Assembly: GCA_964597995.1 (NCBI GenBank)
Contig: CAZRAC010000001.1
Span: forward strand, 23,556-87,555
Direction: 5' to 3'
DNA from: an uncultured Syntrophaceae bacterium
GTDB taxonomy: Bacteria > Desulfobacterota > Syntrophia > Syntrophales > UBA4778
Length of the DNA: 64,000 nt
Position 1 is the stretch's first letter; the number at the start of each line of letters is the position of its first letter. The notes under the pieces are model-generated. The model did not search any database and was not told where the DNA came from. It worked only from the letters and a program-made list of their open reading frames with translations. Made by a program: the position numbers and the translations under genes. This document shows, piece after piece, positions 47,500-58,352 of this stretch.

Positions 47500-47730
47500 T
47501 TGACCGGTCAGGCAGGTCTTCTGGCTCTCCCCGTCACCGCTCGCCTTCCCGGCCTGTAATCACAGCCAGTGACTTTTCACCCGAAACCAAGGCGGCTCCG
47601 GGGCTTTGCGGCAACATCACTGCACCCGTTTGAATGGGGTCGGGGATCACAGCATCGGCCTCAATGCGGTGGATTCACGCCACCTTCCCTTTTTCACCCT
47701 CATGCCAGGGCACCTGACCGTTATGCGCCC
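47500..47730 (-). promoter_or_regulatory. Cobalamin (B12) riboswitch
   Basis: The minus strand reads GGTCAGGTGCC...AAAAAGGGAAGGTGGCGTGAATCCACCGCA...(B12 box) AAGTCACTGG...CCGGGAAGGCG...GAGAGCCAGAAGACCTGCCTGACC, with P1 GGTCAGG/CCTGACC. This matches the consensus blocks of the cobalamin aptamer. Confidence 0.85.
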
Positions 47731-47764
47731 TTAAGAATCACGTTTACCGGTAATTGTCAAGGTT

Positions 47765-47861
47765 GACGCCCTCGTAAAAAGTCCAAAAACGTCATGCCGG
47801 ACTTGATCCGGCATCCAGAACATATTGAATATACTGGGTTCCGGCGTTCGCCGGAATGACG
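47765..47861 (-). mobile_element. MITE-like element, short variant, truncated (copy D)
   Basis: GACGCCCTCGTAAAAAGTCCAAAAACGTCATGCCGGACTTGATCCGGCATCCAGAACATATTGAATATACTGGGTTCCGGCGTTCGCCGGAATGACG. It lacks the 26-nt internal module and the far terminal ~40 bp. Confidence 0.6.
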
Positions 47862-48078
47862 GACGATGGTCTTTCCCGACGTTTTGCTTGACGCCCGCCG
47901 AAAGCCCCCCTATACTCAATTACCAAAAAAGGAAATTCCTGTCAGTTTTTTGCCAGTTATAACCCCTTCCGGGAAGGAAGTTCCTGTCAATCACGTCGGT
48001 TTATGCCGTTTGGGCGCGGTAAAGCGGGCGAGGCGCGAAGCGTCGAGTAACGGTTACTGAAGGGATGGAGAAAGGATC

Positions 48079-49149
48079 ATGACGTCACAGCAGAAAAAGT
48101 GGCTTGTTCGCGGGGTTGTCGTTCTGGCAATCGGCGCTGCCGCCGCATTCGCCTGGCAGCGCTTCGGTCCAAGGGAGGATGAGGGGCTGGTCAGCGGCAA
48201 CGGGCGGATCGAGGCCACCGAGATCGACGTCGCCGCCAAGAATGCTGGCAGGGTCAAGGAAGTCCTGGTGAGGGAGGGCGATTTCGTCAAGGCCGGGCAG
48301 GTGGTGGCCCTGATGGATACCGACGTCCTCGAGGCGGAGCTGCGGGAGGCCGAGGCCAAACTGGAGCAGGCGCGCAGCGACGCGGCGACGGCCCGCAGTC
48401 AACTGGCACAGCGGGAAAGCGAAAAAGTGGCGGCGCTCGCGGTCGTCAGCCAGCGGGAGGCTGAGCTGAGCGTAGCCAAGAAACGCCTTGCCCGTACATC
48501 GGCGTTGGCCGCCGAGGGCGCAACCTCTCAGCAGGAGGTGGACGACGACTGGGCCAGTGTCCAGAGCGGCCAGGCCGCGCTGAACGCCGCGCGTGCGAAC
48601 GTTGCCGCGGCGGAGGCGGCTATCGCGACGGCGCGGGAGCAGGTCGCCAGCAAGGTATCCTTCATCAATGCAGTCCAGGCCACGATCGAGCGGATCCAGG
48701 CCGACATAAAGGACAGCGCCCTCAAATCCCCCCGTGACGGCCGGGTCCAATACCGGGTGGCGCAACCCGGCGAAGTGGTAGGCCCCGGCGGCCGGGTGTT
48801 GAGCCTGGTCGACCTGAGCGACGTCTACATGACCTTCTTCCTCCCCACGGTAGCCGTTGGGAAGGTCGCCCTGGGAACGGAGGTGCGCCTTGTCCTGGAC
48901 GCCGCCCCGGACCATCCCATCCCCGCCAAGGTGTCGTTCGTTTCCGACGTGGCCCAGTTCACCCCCAAGACCGTGGAGACGGCCAGTGAAAGGGAGAAGC
49001 TGATGTTCCGCGTCCGGGCCCAAATCCCCGTCGAGCTGCTGCAGAAGTACATCACCCAGGTCAAGACGGGGCTGCCCGGCGTGGCCTATGTGAAACTGGA
49101 CCCCCATAAGGACTGGCCTCCCCGCCTGCAGGAAAGATTGGTGAAATGA
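48079..49149 (+). CDS. HlyD-family membrane fusion protein (YhiI-like)
   Basis: 356 aa. N-terminal TM, a long Ala/Glu-rich coiled coil, and lipoyl/beta-barrel segments. Its stop overlaps the downstream ABC gene. Confidence 0.85.
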   Translation: MTSQQKKWLVRGVVVLAIGAAAAFAWQRFGPREDEGLVSGNGRIEATEIDVAAKNAGRVKEVLVREGDFVKAGQVVALMDTDVLEAELREAEAKLEQARSDAATARSQLAQRESEKVAALAVVSQREAELSVAKKRLARTSALAAEGATSQQEVDDDWASVQSGQAALNAARANVAAAEAAIATAREQVASKVSFINAVQATIERIQADIKDSALKSPRDGRVQYRVAQPGEVVGPGGRVLSLVDLSDVYMTFFLPTVAVGKVALGTEVRLVLDAAPDHPIPAKVSFVSDVAQFTPKTVETASEREKLMFRVRAQIPVELLQKYITQVKTGLPGVAYVKLDPHKDWPPRLQERLVK

Positions 49150-51944
49150 GCGCATGGGATCGAGCGGTCAACGGCTCGGGCGCCGCGTCCGTGCCCGTGG
49201 CACGGCTGCAGGGGGTCGGCTTACGCTACGGCAAGACCCAGGCCCTTGACGACATCTCCCTGGATCTGCCGTCCGGTTGCATGGTCGGTTTTATCGGACC
49301 CGACGGGGTGGGAAAGTCGAGCCTCTTTTCTCTCGTCGCCGGCGCCCGGGCGATCCAGACAGGCAAGGTCGAGGTGCTTGGCGGTGACATGGCCGTTGCA
49401 GAGCATCGCCGCTGGGTCTGTCCGAAGATCGCCTACATGCCCCAGGGTCTGGGAAAAAACCTCTATCCGACCCTGTCGGTCCGCGAAAACGCCGACTTCT
49501 TCGGACGCCTGTTCGGCCACGAACGGAGCGAGCGGGAACGGCGTATCAGTCGGTTGCTGTCCGCAACGGGGCTCGCCCCCTTCGTCGACCGGCCGGCGGG
49601 CAAGCTCTCCGGCGGCATGAAACAGAAATTGGGTCTCTGCTGCGCCCTGATCCACGACCCCGACCTGCTGATCCTCGACGAGCCGACTACGGGCGTCGAC
49701 CCCCTTTCCCGCCGGCAGTTTTGGGAACTCATCGACCGCATCCGCGCCGGGCAACCCGGCATGAGCGTGATGGTGGCAACCGCCTACATGGAGGAGGCCG
49801 CCCGCTTCGACTGGCTCGTTGCCATGAACGGCGGGCGGGTGCTGGCCACGGGGACACCGCAGGAGCTACTGACGCAGACCGGCACCTCCACCCTGGAGGA
49901 GGCCTTCATCGCTCTCCTGCCACCCTCCGCAAGGGAGGGCTACCGGCCCGTTGTCATCCCACCTCGGGAGACGAACATCGCCGGAGAGACCGCCATCGAG
50001 GCCCACAACCTCACCATGCGCTTCGGCGACTTCACCGCCGTCGATCACGTGAACTTCCGGATCGGGCGGGGGGAGATCTTCGGTTTTCTGGGCTCCAACG
50101 GCTGCGGCAAGACCACGACGATGAAGATGCTCACCGGACTCCTGCCGGCCAGCGAAGGGGAGGCCTGGCTTTTCGGCCGTCCGGTGGACCCGAAGGACAT
50201 CGATACCCGGCGGCGGGTCGGCTACATGACCCAGTCCTTCTCCCTCTACAGTGAGTTGACGGTGCGGCAGAACCTCGTTCTCCATGCCCGCCTCTTCCAG
50301 ATGCCGGAAGACCGGATCCCGGCGCGGGTGGAGGAGATGGCCCGCCGTTTCGGCCTCGAAGAGGTCATGGACAGCCTTCCCGACGCCCTTCCGCTGGGGC
50401 ACAGACAACGATTATCCCTGGCGGTGGCCATGATCCACGGGCCGGAGATGCTGATCCTCGACGAGCCGACCTCCGGGGTGGACCCTGTCGCCCGTGACGC
50501 CTTCTGGCAGATAATGATCGACCTCGCCCGTCGCGACAAGGTGACCATATTCATCTCCACCCACTTCATGAACGAAGCCGAACGCTGTGACCGGATTTCC
50601 CTGATGCACGCCGGACGGGTGCTGGTGAGCGATGCGCCGGCGGCGTTGGTCGCGAAGCGCGGGGCGAAAACGCTGGAGGAGGCCTTCATCGGCTATCTTG
50701 AAGAGGCGGCCGGTGAGGCTGCGGAGGGAACCGGGAAGGAAGAGGAAACGGCAGAGGCCTTTTCCAACGCCCCGGCGAGGGAGGAAACAAGGCAGGCAAC
50801 CGCCGCGCGGGACCGATTGGTCGGCCTGCGCCGTCTTTTCAGCTACAACTGGCGCGAGACACTCGAGCTGCGGCGAGACCCGGTCCGCCTGACGCTTGCC
50901 CTCTTGGGAAGCGTCATTCTCATGTTCGTCATGGGCTACGGCATCAACATGGACGTGGAGGACCTCTCCTTCGCGGTGCTCGACCGGGACCAGACGACTC
51001 TCAGCCGCGACTACACCCTCAACCTCACCGGTTCCCGCTACTTTCGTGAGCGGCCGCCCATCAAGGACTATGAAGACCTGGACCGGCGGATGCGTGCCGG
51101 CGAACTCAGCCTGGCAATAGAGATACCACCGGGCTTCGGGCGCGACCTACGTCGGGGGGCGCCCGTTACCGTCGGCGCCTGGATCGACGGGGCCATGCCG
51201 ACCCGTGCCGAGACGGTGCGCGGCTACGTGCAGGGGATGCACAACAAGTGGCTCGCGAACATCACGCGCCAAGTCCTCGGCCGCTCGGCGACGGTGGGGG
51301 CGGCCACGATCGAGATACGCTTCCGCTACAACCCGGACGTCAAGAGCCTGCCCGCCATGGTGCCGGCGGTGATCCCGCTCTTACTCCTGATGATACCGGC
51401 CATGCTGACCACGCTCTCGGTCGTGCGGGAGAAGGAGCTGGGCTCCATCATCAACTTCTACGTCACCCCCGTGACCCGGATCGAGTTCCTCCTGGGTAAG
51501 CAGATCCCATATGTCATCCTGGCGCTGCTCAACTTCCTTCTCCTCACCGCCCTGGCGATCTTTCTGTTCCGCGTGCCCCTGAAAGGGAGCTTCCTCGCGC
51601 TCTGCACCGCAGCGTTCTTGTACGTCGTAATCGCTACCGCCTTCGGGCTCGTGATCTCGGCCTTCATGCGCAGTCAGATCGCCGCCCTGTTCGGCACGGC
51701 CTTGCTGACTATCCTGCCGGCGGTCCAGTTTTCCGGGATGACCGACCCCGTCTCCTCGCTGGAGGGAATGGGCGCCTTCATCGGCCGGATATATCCGACG
51801 ACCCACTTCCTGACCATCGCCCGGGGCACCTTCTCCAAGGGGCTTGGTTTCGGCGACCTCCATGCCTCTTTCATCCCCCTGCTGCTGGCGATTCCCATCA
51901 TCATCGGCCTGGGGGTAACACTGCTGCGAAAACAGGAATCCTGA
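49146..51944 (+). CDS. Fused ABC transporter: two ATPase domains plus an ABC-2 permease (RbbA/YhiH-like)
   Basis: 932 aa. Two sets of Walker A (GPDGVGKSS; GSNGCGKTT), signature (LSGGMKQK; LPLGHRQR) and Walker B (LILDEPT twice), then six C-terminal TM helices. Confidence 0.85.
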   Translation: MSAWDRAVNGSGAASVPVARLQGVGLRYGKTQALDDISLDLPSGCMVGFIGPDGVGKSSLFSLVAGARAIQTGKVEVLGGDMAVAEHRRWVCPKIAYMPQGLGKNLYPTLSVRENADFFGRLFGHERSERERRISRLLSATGLAPFVDRPAGKLSGGMKQKLGLCCALIHDPDLLILDEPTTGVDPLSRRQFWELIDRIRAGQPGMSVMVATAYMEEAARFDWLVAMNGGRVLATGTPQELLTQTGTSTLEEAFIALLPPSAREGYRPVVIPPRETNIAGETAIEAHNLTMRFGDFTAVDHVNFRIGRGEIFGFLGSNGCGKTTTMKMLTGLLPASEGEAWLFGRPVDPKDIDTRRRVGYMTQSFSLYSELTVRQNLVLHARLFQMPEDRIPARVEEMARRFGLEEVMDSLPDALPLGHRQRLSLAVAMIHGPEMLILDEPTSGVDPVARDAFWQIMIDLARRDKVTIFISTHFMNEAERCDRISLMHAGRVLVSDAPAALVAKRGAKTLEEAFIGYLEEAAGEAAEGTGKEEETAEAFSNAPAREETRQATAARDRLVGLRRLFSYNWRETLELRRDPVRLTLALLGSVILMFVMGYGINMDVEDLSFAVLDRDQTTLSRDYTLNLTGSRYFRERPPIKDYEDLDRRMRAGELSLAIEIPPGFGRDLRRGAPVTVGAWIDGAMPTRAETVRGYVQGMHNKWLANITRQVLGRSATVGAATIEIRFRYNPDVKSLPAMVPAVIPLLLLMIPAMLTTLSVVREKELGSIINFYVTPVTRIEFLLGKQIPYVILALLNFLLLTALAIFLFRVPLKGSFLALCTAAFLYVVIATAFGLVISAFMRSQIAALFGTALLTILPAVQFSGMTDPVSSLEGMGAFIGRIYPTTHFLTIARGTFSKGLGFGDLHASFIPLLLAIPIIIGLGVTLLRKQES

Positions 51945-51946
51945 CC

Positions 51947-53068
51947 ATGCACGCCTCCAACATCTTCCACCTCGGGGTCAAAGAGCTGCGAAGCCTGATG
52001 CGCGACCCCGTGATGCTCTTCCTGATTTTCTTCGCCTTCACCTTCGCGATCTATACCGGCGCGACGGCCCTTCCCGAGACACTCCACAAGGCCCCCATCG
52101 CGTTCGTGGACGAAGACCGTTCGCCGCTCTCGGCACGCATCATCGATGCCTTCTATCCGCCCTACTTCATGCCCCCCAAGATGATCACACGGGCGGAAAT
52201 GGATGCCCGGATGGACGCCGGCCTCGACACCTTTGCGGTCAACATCCCCCCCGACTTCCAGCGCGACGTCCTTGCCGGCCGCTCACCGGCGATCCAGCTA
52301 AACGTCGATGCCACCCGGATGAGCCAGGCCTTCACCGGGAGCGGTTACATCCAGACGATAATCGACGGGGAGGTCTCCAGCTTCCTCCAGGGGTATCGCG
52401 CCTACCAGGCCCCTCCTGTGGACCTGGCCCTGCGGGCGCGATTCAACCCAGAGCTGAATAGGATATGGTTTGGGGCGGTCATGAAGATCATCGATAACGT
52501 GACCCTACTCTCGATCATCCTCACCGGCGCCGCGTTGCTCCGGGAGCGGGAGCACGGGACCGTGGAGCATCTGCTGGTCATGCCGGTGACCCCCTTCGAG
52601 ATAATGACCGGCAAGGTATGGGCTATGGCGCTCGTCGTGCTCGCTGCCACGGCCTTCTCGCTGCTCTTCATCGTCCAGGGGCTGCTCAGGGTTCCGATCG
52701 AAGGCTCGGTTGCCCTGTTCCTGGTCGGGACGACGCTCCACCTATTTGCGACGACGTCCCTGGGCATCTTCCTGGGCACCTTCGCCCGCTCCATGCCCCA
52801 GTTCGGCCTCTTGATGATGCTCGTGCTCCTGCCCCTGCAGATCCTCTCGGGAAGCACCACACCCCGGGAGAGTATGCCGGAGTTCATCCAGGTCGTGATG
52901 CTGGGGGCGCCGAACACCCATTTCGTCATGTTCGCCCAGGCGATCCTGTACCGCGGGGCAGGAATTTCGGTCGTCTGGCCGCAGTTCCTCTTCCTGGCCC
53001 TCATCGGCTCCATCCTCTTTGGCCTGTCGCTCGCCCGCTTCCGCAAGACCCTGGCGACGATGGCCTGA
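51947..53068 (+). CDS. ABC-2 family permease (YhhJ-like)
   Basis: 373 aa. N-terminal TM, a periplasmic loop, and a C-terminal bundle of five TM helices. It completes the yhiI-rbbA-yhhJ-type gene order. Confidence 0.8.
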   Translation: MHASNIFHLGVKELRSLMRDPVMLFLIFFAFTFAIYTGATALPETLHKAPIAFVDEDRSPLSARIIDAFYPPYFMPPKMITRAEMDARMDAGLDTFAVNIPPDFQRDVLAGRSPAIQLNVDATRMSQAFTGSGYIQTIIDGEVSSFLQGYRAYQAPPVDLALRARFNPELNRIWFGAVMKIIDNVTLLSIILTGAALLREREHGTVEHLLVMPVTPFEIMTGKVWAMALVVLAATAFSLLFIVQGLLRVPIEGSVALFLVGTTLHLFATTSLGIFLGTFARSMPQFGLLMMLVLLPLQILSGSTTPRESMPEFIQVVMLGAPNTHFVMFAQAILYRGAGISVVWPQFLFLALIGSILFGLSLARFRKTLATMA

Positions 53069-53145
53069 GGGCTATACGCGGCGACGGCCTTGGGGACGGC
53101 GTCGAGGCCGGGACAAGGCACGGCCCGCCGTTAAAATCTCTCGTA

Positions 53146-53721
53146 TTATTTCAGCAGCTTAACGATAGTTTTGCCGAACTGCTCCGCCGCATGGGGGCCC
53201 GATGCCGTCACGACCTTCCCGTCGACCTCAACGTCCTTCCCCGTGTAGATAGCCCCTTTTGCCTTCAATGCCTTCGCCTCGGTGCTATAGACCGTCGCTT
53301 TCTTTCCCTTGAGGACCCCCGCTTCGGACAGAACCCGCGGCGCGATGCATATCGCCCCCACGAGCTTCCCCCGGTTATACGCATCCTGGGCGATCTTCAA
53401 CGCGACGGGATTGTTGAAGTATTCTGCCGCCCCGGTACCGCCGACGAAGATGACCGCGTCGAAATCATTCACGTTTACGTCCTTTATGAGGACATCCGGC
53501 TTGACCTTCGCGCCGAGCATCCCGGTAGCGGTGTCGAGGGAAGAAGAGGCGATCGTCACCTTGACCCCTTTGTTCTCCAGTATTTCTTTCGGCTTCAGGA
53601 GCTCTTCGTCCCTGAAGTCCTGAGAGGCAATGACCATCAATGCCTTTTTCCCTTCCGCCGCATAGGCCGCGGAGATCACGGCTACGAACAGTAAAACGCA
53701 GACGATGATTTTTCTCTTCAT
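53146..53721 (-). CDS. DJ-1/PfpI family protein with a signal peptide
   Basis: 191 aa. Signal MKRKIIVCVLLFVAVISAAYA. Nucleophile elbow GAICIAP. FVGGTGA. Confidence 0.8.
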   Translation of the reverse strand: MKRKIIVCVLLFVAVISAAYAAEGKKALMVIASQDFRDEELLKPKEILENKGVKVTIASSSLDTATGMLGAKVKPDVLIKDVNVNDFDAVIFVGGTGAAEYFNNPVALKIAQDAYNRGKLVGAICIAPRVLSEAGVLKGKKATVYSTEAKALKAKGAIYTGKDVEVDGKVVTASGPHAAEQFGKTIVKLLK

Positions 53722-53799
53722 TTCCGATCAACCTCCTTATGCTTTATTTTCGCGCTTAAATCGTGACAATCCCCGTCAAAGGCTGCGATGCCAAAAAAA

Positions 53800-55194
53800 T
53801 CACTTGCCGACGCAGAAAGACGCGAAGATCCGGTCTAAGATGTCTTCGCTTGTTGTCTCTCCGGTTATTTCACCTAGGCACCGCAAGGCATCCCTGATGT
53901 CCTGGGCGGCGAACTCCGGCGAGAGGCCCGAAGCCAGGCTCTCCCCGGCTTGTGCGAGGAATTCGGCTGTCCTTTCGAATGCGTCCTTGTGGCGCACGTT
54001 ACAGAGGACCTCTTCCCCGCGTCCCATCTCTTCTCCATCGAGGACGGTCTCTAATATCCTTTTTTTCAGGTCTTCTATTCCGCTGCCGAACTTCGCCGAG
54101 ATCATGAGAGGTCTTGGCCCCGGAAAGACCCCTTCGACGTCCGCCCGGCCGAGGCGCTGCGGCAGGTCGCTCTTGTTGACCGCTACAATGACTTTTTTCC
54201 CCTTCAACCCCTCCAGTATCCGGATGTCGTCGGAGGAAAGACCCTCGCTCCCGTCCAGGAGGAAGACGACGGCGTCCGCCCGCGCGACCCTTTCCCAGAC
54301 CCGGCCTATGCCTTCCTCTTCGATCACGTCTCCGGCCTCCCTGATGCCCGCCGTGTCTGCCAGGCGAACGGCCACGCCGCCGACCTGTATCTCCTCTTCG
54401 ATGAAATCCCTCGTGGTGCCGGGGATGGGTGTCACGATAGCCCTTTCCTCCCCGAGAAGCCGATTCAGGAGGCTCGACTTCCCCACATTGGGCCTTCCGG
54501 CGATCACGACGTGAATGCCCTCACGGTAGAGACGCCCTTCGTCATAAGTAGCGAGCAATCTTGCGATTTCCGCTGCTACGGCTCCTATCTTTCCCGCCGC
54601 CTCGGACGGCGGCTCCGTCTCTATGTTCTCCTCAGGGAAATCCACGGCCGCTTCCAGCATGGCCAGTTGCTCCTCCAGTACCGCCCGCATCTCTTTGACC
54701 TTTTCGGCAAGGCCGCCCTTGAGCTGGGCGATGGCGACTTCCCGGGCCTTCGCCGCCCTCGCGGCGACGAGGTCGGCAACGGCTTCCGCCTGGGAGAGGT
54801 CCATCCGGCCGTTGAGAAAAGCCCGGCGGGTGAACTCTCCCGGTTCCGCGGGCCTGGCCCCGGCCTTCAACACCTCCTCGAGCACCGCCCGCAGAACGGC
54901 GGGGCTGCCATGACAATGTATTTCCAGGGTATCTTCGCCGGTGTAGGAATGGGGCGCCCGCATCAGGACGACCAGGGCCTCGTCGAGGACGGCCCCGCTC
55001 TCTCGGGCCAGGACATCGCCGTGATAGAAATGGTGGGTAGCAAAGGGACAGGGCCGTTTTCCGGGCCGGAAGAGCAGACGCCCGACTTCTTCCGCTTTCG
55101 GGCCGCTCACCCGGATGACGCCGATACCCCCCGCCCCCGGCGGCGTGGCGACGGCCGCGATCGTGTCTTCTTTCCCGGTCGAAACCGCGCGGAT
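53800..55194 (-). CDS. mnmE: tRNA modification GTPase MnmE
   Basis: G-domain GRPNVGKSSL, DTAG, NKSD and the C-terminal CVGK tail. The conserved N-terminus DTIAAVATPPGAGGIGVIRVSGP lies upstream of the first canonical start (GTG 55110). I extend to ATC 55194, which has AAGGAG 8 nt upstream. The 5' end is uncertain. Confidence 0.8.
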   Translation of the reverse strand: MRAVSTGKEDTIAAVATPPGAGGIGVIRVSGPKAEEVGRLLFRPGKRPCPFATHHFYHGDVLARESGAVLDEALVVLMRAPHSYTGEDTLEIHCHGSPAVLRAVLEEVLKAGARPAEPGEFTRRAFLNGRMDLSQAEAVADLVAARAAKAREVAIAQLKGGLAEKVKEMRAVLEEQLAMLEAAVDFPEENIETEPPSEAAGKIGAVAAEIARLLATYDEGRLYREGIHVVIAGRPNVGKSSLLNRLLGEERAIVTPIPGTTRDFIEEEIQVGGVAVRLADTAGIREAGDVIEEEGIGRVWERVARADAVVFLLDGSEGLSSDDIRILEGLKGKKVIVAVNKSDLPQRLGRADVEGVFPGPRPLMISAKFGSGIEDLKKRILETVLDGEEMGRGEEVLCNVRHKDAFERTAEFLAQAGESLASGLSPEFAAQDIRDALRCLGEITGETTSEDILDRIFASFCVGK

Positions 55195-55199
55195 GAGGC

Positions 55200-55916
55200 T
55201 TACTCCTTCTTTTTCGGCAGGATTATGATCTTCCTGTACATCCCCTCGCCCCTGCTCTTTGTGGTAAGGGCTTCGTCGTCCTTCAGGGCAATATGGATGA
55301 CCCTGCGGTCGCGGGCGCTCAGGTGGTTGACCGTTATCGGTTTCTTCGACTTTTTGACCTTCTGCCCCAGCTTCTGCGCCAGCGCTACCAGGTATTCGTC
55401 CCTTCGGTCCCGGTAGTCTTCCGTGTCGAGGACTATCATCCTCCTGTCCCTGCCCGGTTTTCCGACCGCTTTATTGAGGATGTACTGTATGGCGTCGAGG
55501 GTCTGGCCACCCTTGCCGATGAGCAGCCCGGAGCCGTCTCCCTTGATGTTCAACGTGACGGCCTCGTCCGTTTCTTCGACGGTCACAGGGAAATCCATCC
55601 CCATCCGCGAAAGAATCCCTGTCAGGATCTCCCGCGCCTTTTCCGCCGTATCCCCCGTTTCCGTTGTCTTTTCAGAGGGTTTCTCCGGCGTAGCCTCCGC
55701 CGTTTCTTTTGCCGCCTCCGTCCCCATCTCGAAGGTCAGGAGGCTCGCCCGGATGCGGGCCTTTTTCGTTCCCACGAGGCCCAGCAGCCCGGAAGACCCC
55801 TCCGACAGGATTTCGATGTTCAGCTTCTCGCGGGGCACGTTGAATTCCCTGCAGGCATTCTGTATCGCCTCGTCAATGTTCTTTCCTTCGACCTCAAGGG
55901 CATTCATCTGAAACAC
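55200..55916 (-). CDS. jag: Jag/KhpB RNA-binding protein (Jag_N, KH, R3H)
   Basis: 238 aa. N-terminal Jag domain (EGKNIDEAIQNACREF), KH-like LLIGKGGQTLDAIQY, and R3H (RRVIHIAL). Confidence 0.85.
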   Translation of the reverse strand: MFQMNALEVEGKNIDEAIQNACREFNVPREKLNIEILSEGSSGLLGLVGTKKARIRASLLTFEMGTEAAKETAEATPEKPSEKTTETGDTAEKAREILTGILSRMGMDFPVTVEETDEAVTLNIKGDGSGLLIGKGGQTLDAIQYILNKAVGKPGRDRRMIVLDTEDYRDRRDEYLVALAQKLGQKVKKSKKPITVNHLSARDRRVIHIALKDDEALTTKSRGEGMYRKIIILPKKKE

Positions 55917-55920
55917 CTCG

Positions 55921-57537
55921 TTAGATCAATTTCTTGTTGATGTAATACTGCTGGCCGATACTCAGGATGTTGTTGAACAACCAGTAGATGACCAACCCGG
56001 AGGGAAAATTCAGGAACAGGAAGGTGAAGATGATCGGCATGATCAACATGACCTTCTGTTGCATCGGGTCGCCTGCGGTGGGGGTCATCTTCTGCTGCCA
56101 AAACATGGTCGCCCCCATGATGATCGGTGTGATGTAATAGGGGTCCTTCGCCGAAAGGTCTTGAATCCACCAGACGAAGGGTTGATGACGGAGCTCGATG
56201 GAATAGAGTAGCGCCTTGTAGAGCCCGAAAAATACTGGGATTTGGATGAGTATCGGCAGACACCCGCCCAGAGGGTTGATCTTGTATGTCTTGTAGAGCT
56301 GCATGACCTCCTGGTTGAGGCGCTGCTTGTCGTCCTTGTATTTCGTCCTCAGCTCATTGATCAGGGGCTGCAGTTTCTGCATGTCCTTCATCGATTTGTA
56401 GCTCTTGTTGCCCAGGGGCCAGAAAATGACCTTGATCACGGCCGTCAGGATGAGGATGGCCACTCCGTAATTATTGACGAACTTGTAAAGAAAGTTAAGG
56501 GCAATCAGGAGGGGCAATGCCAACCATTTGATCCAGGAGCCGAAGTCGATGGCGTTTTCGAGGCCTACGCCTTCCGCTGCCAGGGCCTTGTGTTCTTTAG
56601 GGCCGAGGTAGAGAGAATAGCCGAAGACGGCAGCCTGACCCGTCGGGACGATGTTGGCCGGACCTTCCAGGGCGACGGTCACCTGGTTGGAAGCGTCCTT
56701 TGCTGTTATGAGGCCTGTCAGCGACGGTTGCTTCGGGATCAACGCCGCGATGAAATACTTGCTCTCGAAGCCTCCCCAGGAAACAGGCGGAGGGAAGACC
56801 TTCCGGGCCTCCATCTTACTGACGGTCACGGTCTCCACGTCGTCCTTGATGCTGTAAACCGGACCCGCATGGCCGTAACTATCCTCAACAGCCTTGGGGT
56901 CGACGTATTGGTTCCAGGACAATTGCGCCTTTTCGTTCAGGTTGGCGGCCGTGGGATTGAAGACCCGGACCTCAAGGTCGACATGATACCGGTCTGCGTA
57001 GAAGATGAATGTCTTTTCGACCTGCACCCCCTCCGGCGTGGCAAGGGAGAAGTTCAGCCTGCCACTTTCGCCCGCCTGCGCGAGCACGACGGAGTCGGCA
57101 TCCGCCCTGTACACGCTGTCGGGGGCGATGTTTACGCTCGAATCGACGAAGGAAACAGCAAGCGGCGGGGCCATCCCTTCTTTGACCTCCACAAGGTCTA
57201 CTAGGTCCGAGTTCTCGTCCAGGGTCTTGCGGTAGGATTTCAGCTTGAAGGATTTCAGGCCGGCCCCTTTTGTCGTGAAAATTGCCACATACAGAGGCGT
57301 TTCAACCCTGACTTCCCGGGCAGGCATTGAGACGACGGCATGGCGAGGGGCCTTCGCCGGGGCGGGGGTTATCGCCGCGACCGGCTGAGACTTTGCCTGC
57401 GTCTGCTGAGGGGCGACCTGCCCTTCCTTCGAGGAGGACGTAGTCGGTTGTTGCGGCGCCGGCTTGACAAAAAAGTACTGAAAAACCAGGACAACGGCGA
57501 AGGATAGAACGATGGCAAGGACTGTCTTTTTATCCAT
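55921..57537 (-). CDS. yidC: Membrane protein insertase YidC
   Basis: 538 aa. N-terminal TM, a large periplasmic domain, and a conserved C-terminal core (GCLPILIQIPVFFGLY, PSGLVIYW). Confidence 0.9.
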   Translation of the reverse strand: MDKKTVLAIVLSFAVVLVFQYFFVKPAPQQPTTSSSKEGQVAPQQTQAKSQPVAAITPAPAKAPRHAVVSMPAREVRVETPLYVAIFTTKGAGLKSFKLKSYRKTLDENSDLVDLVEVKEGMAPPLAVSFVDSSVNIAPDSVYRADADSVVLAQAGESGRLNFSLATPEGVQVEKTFIFYADRYHVDLEVRVFNPTAANLNEKAQLSWNQYVDPKAVEDSYGHAGPVYSIKDDVETVTVSKMEARKVFPPPVSWGGFESKYFIAALIPKQPSLTGLITAKDASNQVTVALEGPANIVPTGQAAVFGYSLYLGPKEHKALAAEGVGLENAIDFGSWIKWLALPLLIALNFLYKFVNNYGVAILILTAVIKVIFWPLGNKSYKSMKDMQKLQPLINELRTKYKDDKQRLNQEVMQLYKTYKINPLGGCLPILIQIPVFFGLYKALLYSIELRHQPFVWWIQDLSAKDPYYITPIIMGATMFWQQKMTPTAGDPMQQKVMLIMPIIFTFLFLNFPSGLVIYWLFNNILSIGQQYYINKKLI

Positions 57538-57568
57538 TAAGCTGCCTCCAGATTCCCCGCTGCATGGA

Positions 57569-57796
57569 CTACCTTACGGGGTCATACCCGCCCTGGCTGA
57601 GAGGATGACACCGGAGCAACCTCGTCAGGCCGCGGTAGAGACCCTTCAGAAAACCGTATCGCGCGACGGCCTGAATCGTGTACTCCGAACAGGATGGATA
57701 AAATCGGCAGCACGGTGAAAAAAGGGGAGATAAAACGAGTTGATAGCCTTTTATCAGAAAAATGGTGATCTTCGCGAGCATCTTCATCTGTATCAA
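57569..57796 (-). CDS. yidD: Membrane protein insertion efficiency factor YidD
   Basis: 75 aa. [22 protein letters not shown] signature. Confidence 0.9.
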   Translation of the reverse strand: MIQMKMLAKITIFLIKGYQLVLSPLFSPCCRFYPSCSEYTIQAVARYGFLKGLYRGLTRLLRCHPLSQGGYDPVR

Positions 57797-58140
57797 TCGG
57801 CCGCTCCTGCCATGAGGAGGGTCTCCAGCTCCCGCCTTACTTCGTCGTACTTTTTCGTCGAGGTGTCTTTCCTTGCAACGATGACGACATCCTGTCCGGG
57901 CGGGAGCCTGTCTTTGTTCAACCTAAAAAATTCCCTCAAAAGGCGCTTGATGCGGTTTCTCTTCACCGCTTCGCCGACCTTTTTGCTGACCGTTACCCCG
58001 AGCCTCGGGATGCCGGACTCATTGGGGTGCAAAAAAACGATGAAATTTGCAGAGGAAAGCCGCTTTCCTCTGTCGTAGGCGGCGGAAAAGTCTTTTCTCT
58101 TCAGTATCCTTTCGCTCTTCCTGAAAGAGTGTCTTTTCAT
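57793..58140 (-). CDS. rnpA: Ribonuclease P protein component
   Basis: 115 aa, basic, with the RNR-like motif [18 protein letters not shown]. It sits between rpmH and yidD. Confidence 0.85.
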   Translation of the reverse strand: MKRHSFRKSERILKRKDFSAAYDRGKRLSSANFIVFLHPNESGIPRLGVTVSKKVGEAVKRNRIKRLLREFFRLNKDRLPPGQDVVIVARKDTSTKKYDEVRRELETLLMAGAAD

Positions 58141-58214
58141 CTTCCCCGCAGACCGGGCTTTCTTAAAATCACCATGCCCTACCTGCCGGCTTCCGCCCGT
58201 CCCCGGAACGCGCC

Positions 58215-58352
58215 CTACACGGTCAATCGCTTGCGCCCCTTTGCCCGCCTTCTACTCAGGACCAATCTTCCCCCCCTGGTCGCCATCCTCACGAGAAAAC
58301 CATGGGTCCTCTTTCTCTTTATGTTACTGGTGTTCCTTAAAGTCTTCTTCAT
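58215..58352 (-). CDS. rpmH: 50S ribosomal protein L34
   Basis: 45 aa, not in the ORF track. Hand translation: [45 protein letters not shown]. Confidence 0.9.
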   Translation of the reverse strand: MKKTLRNTSNIKRKRTHGFLVRMATRGGRLVLSRRRAKGRKRLTV

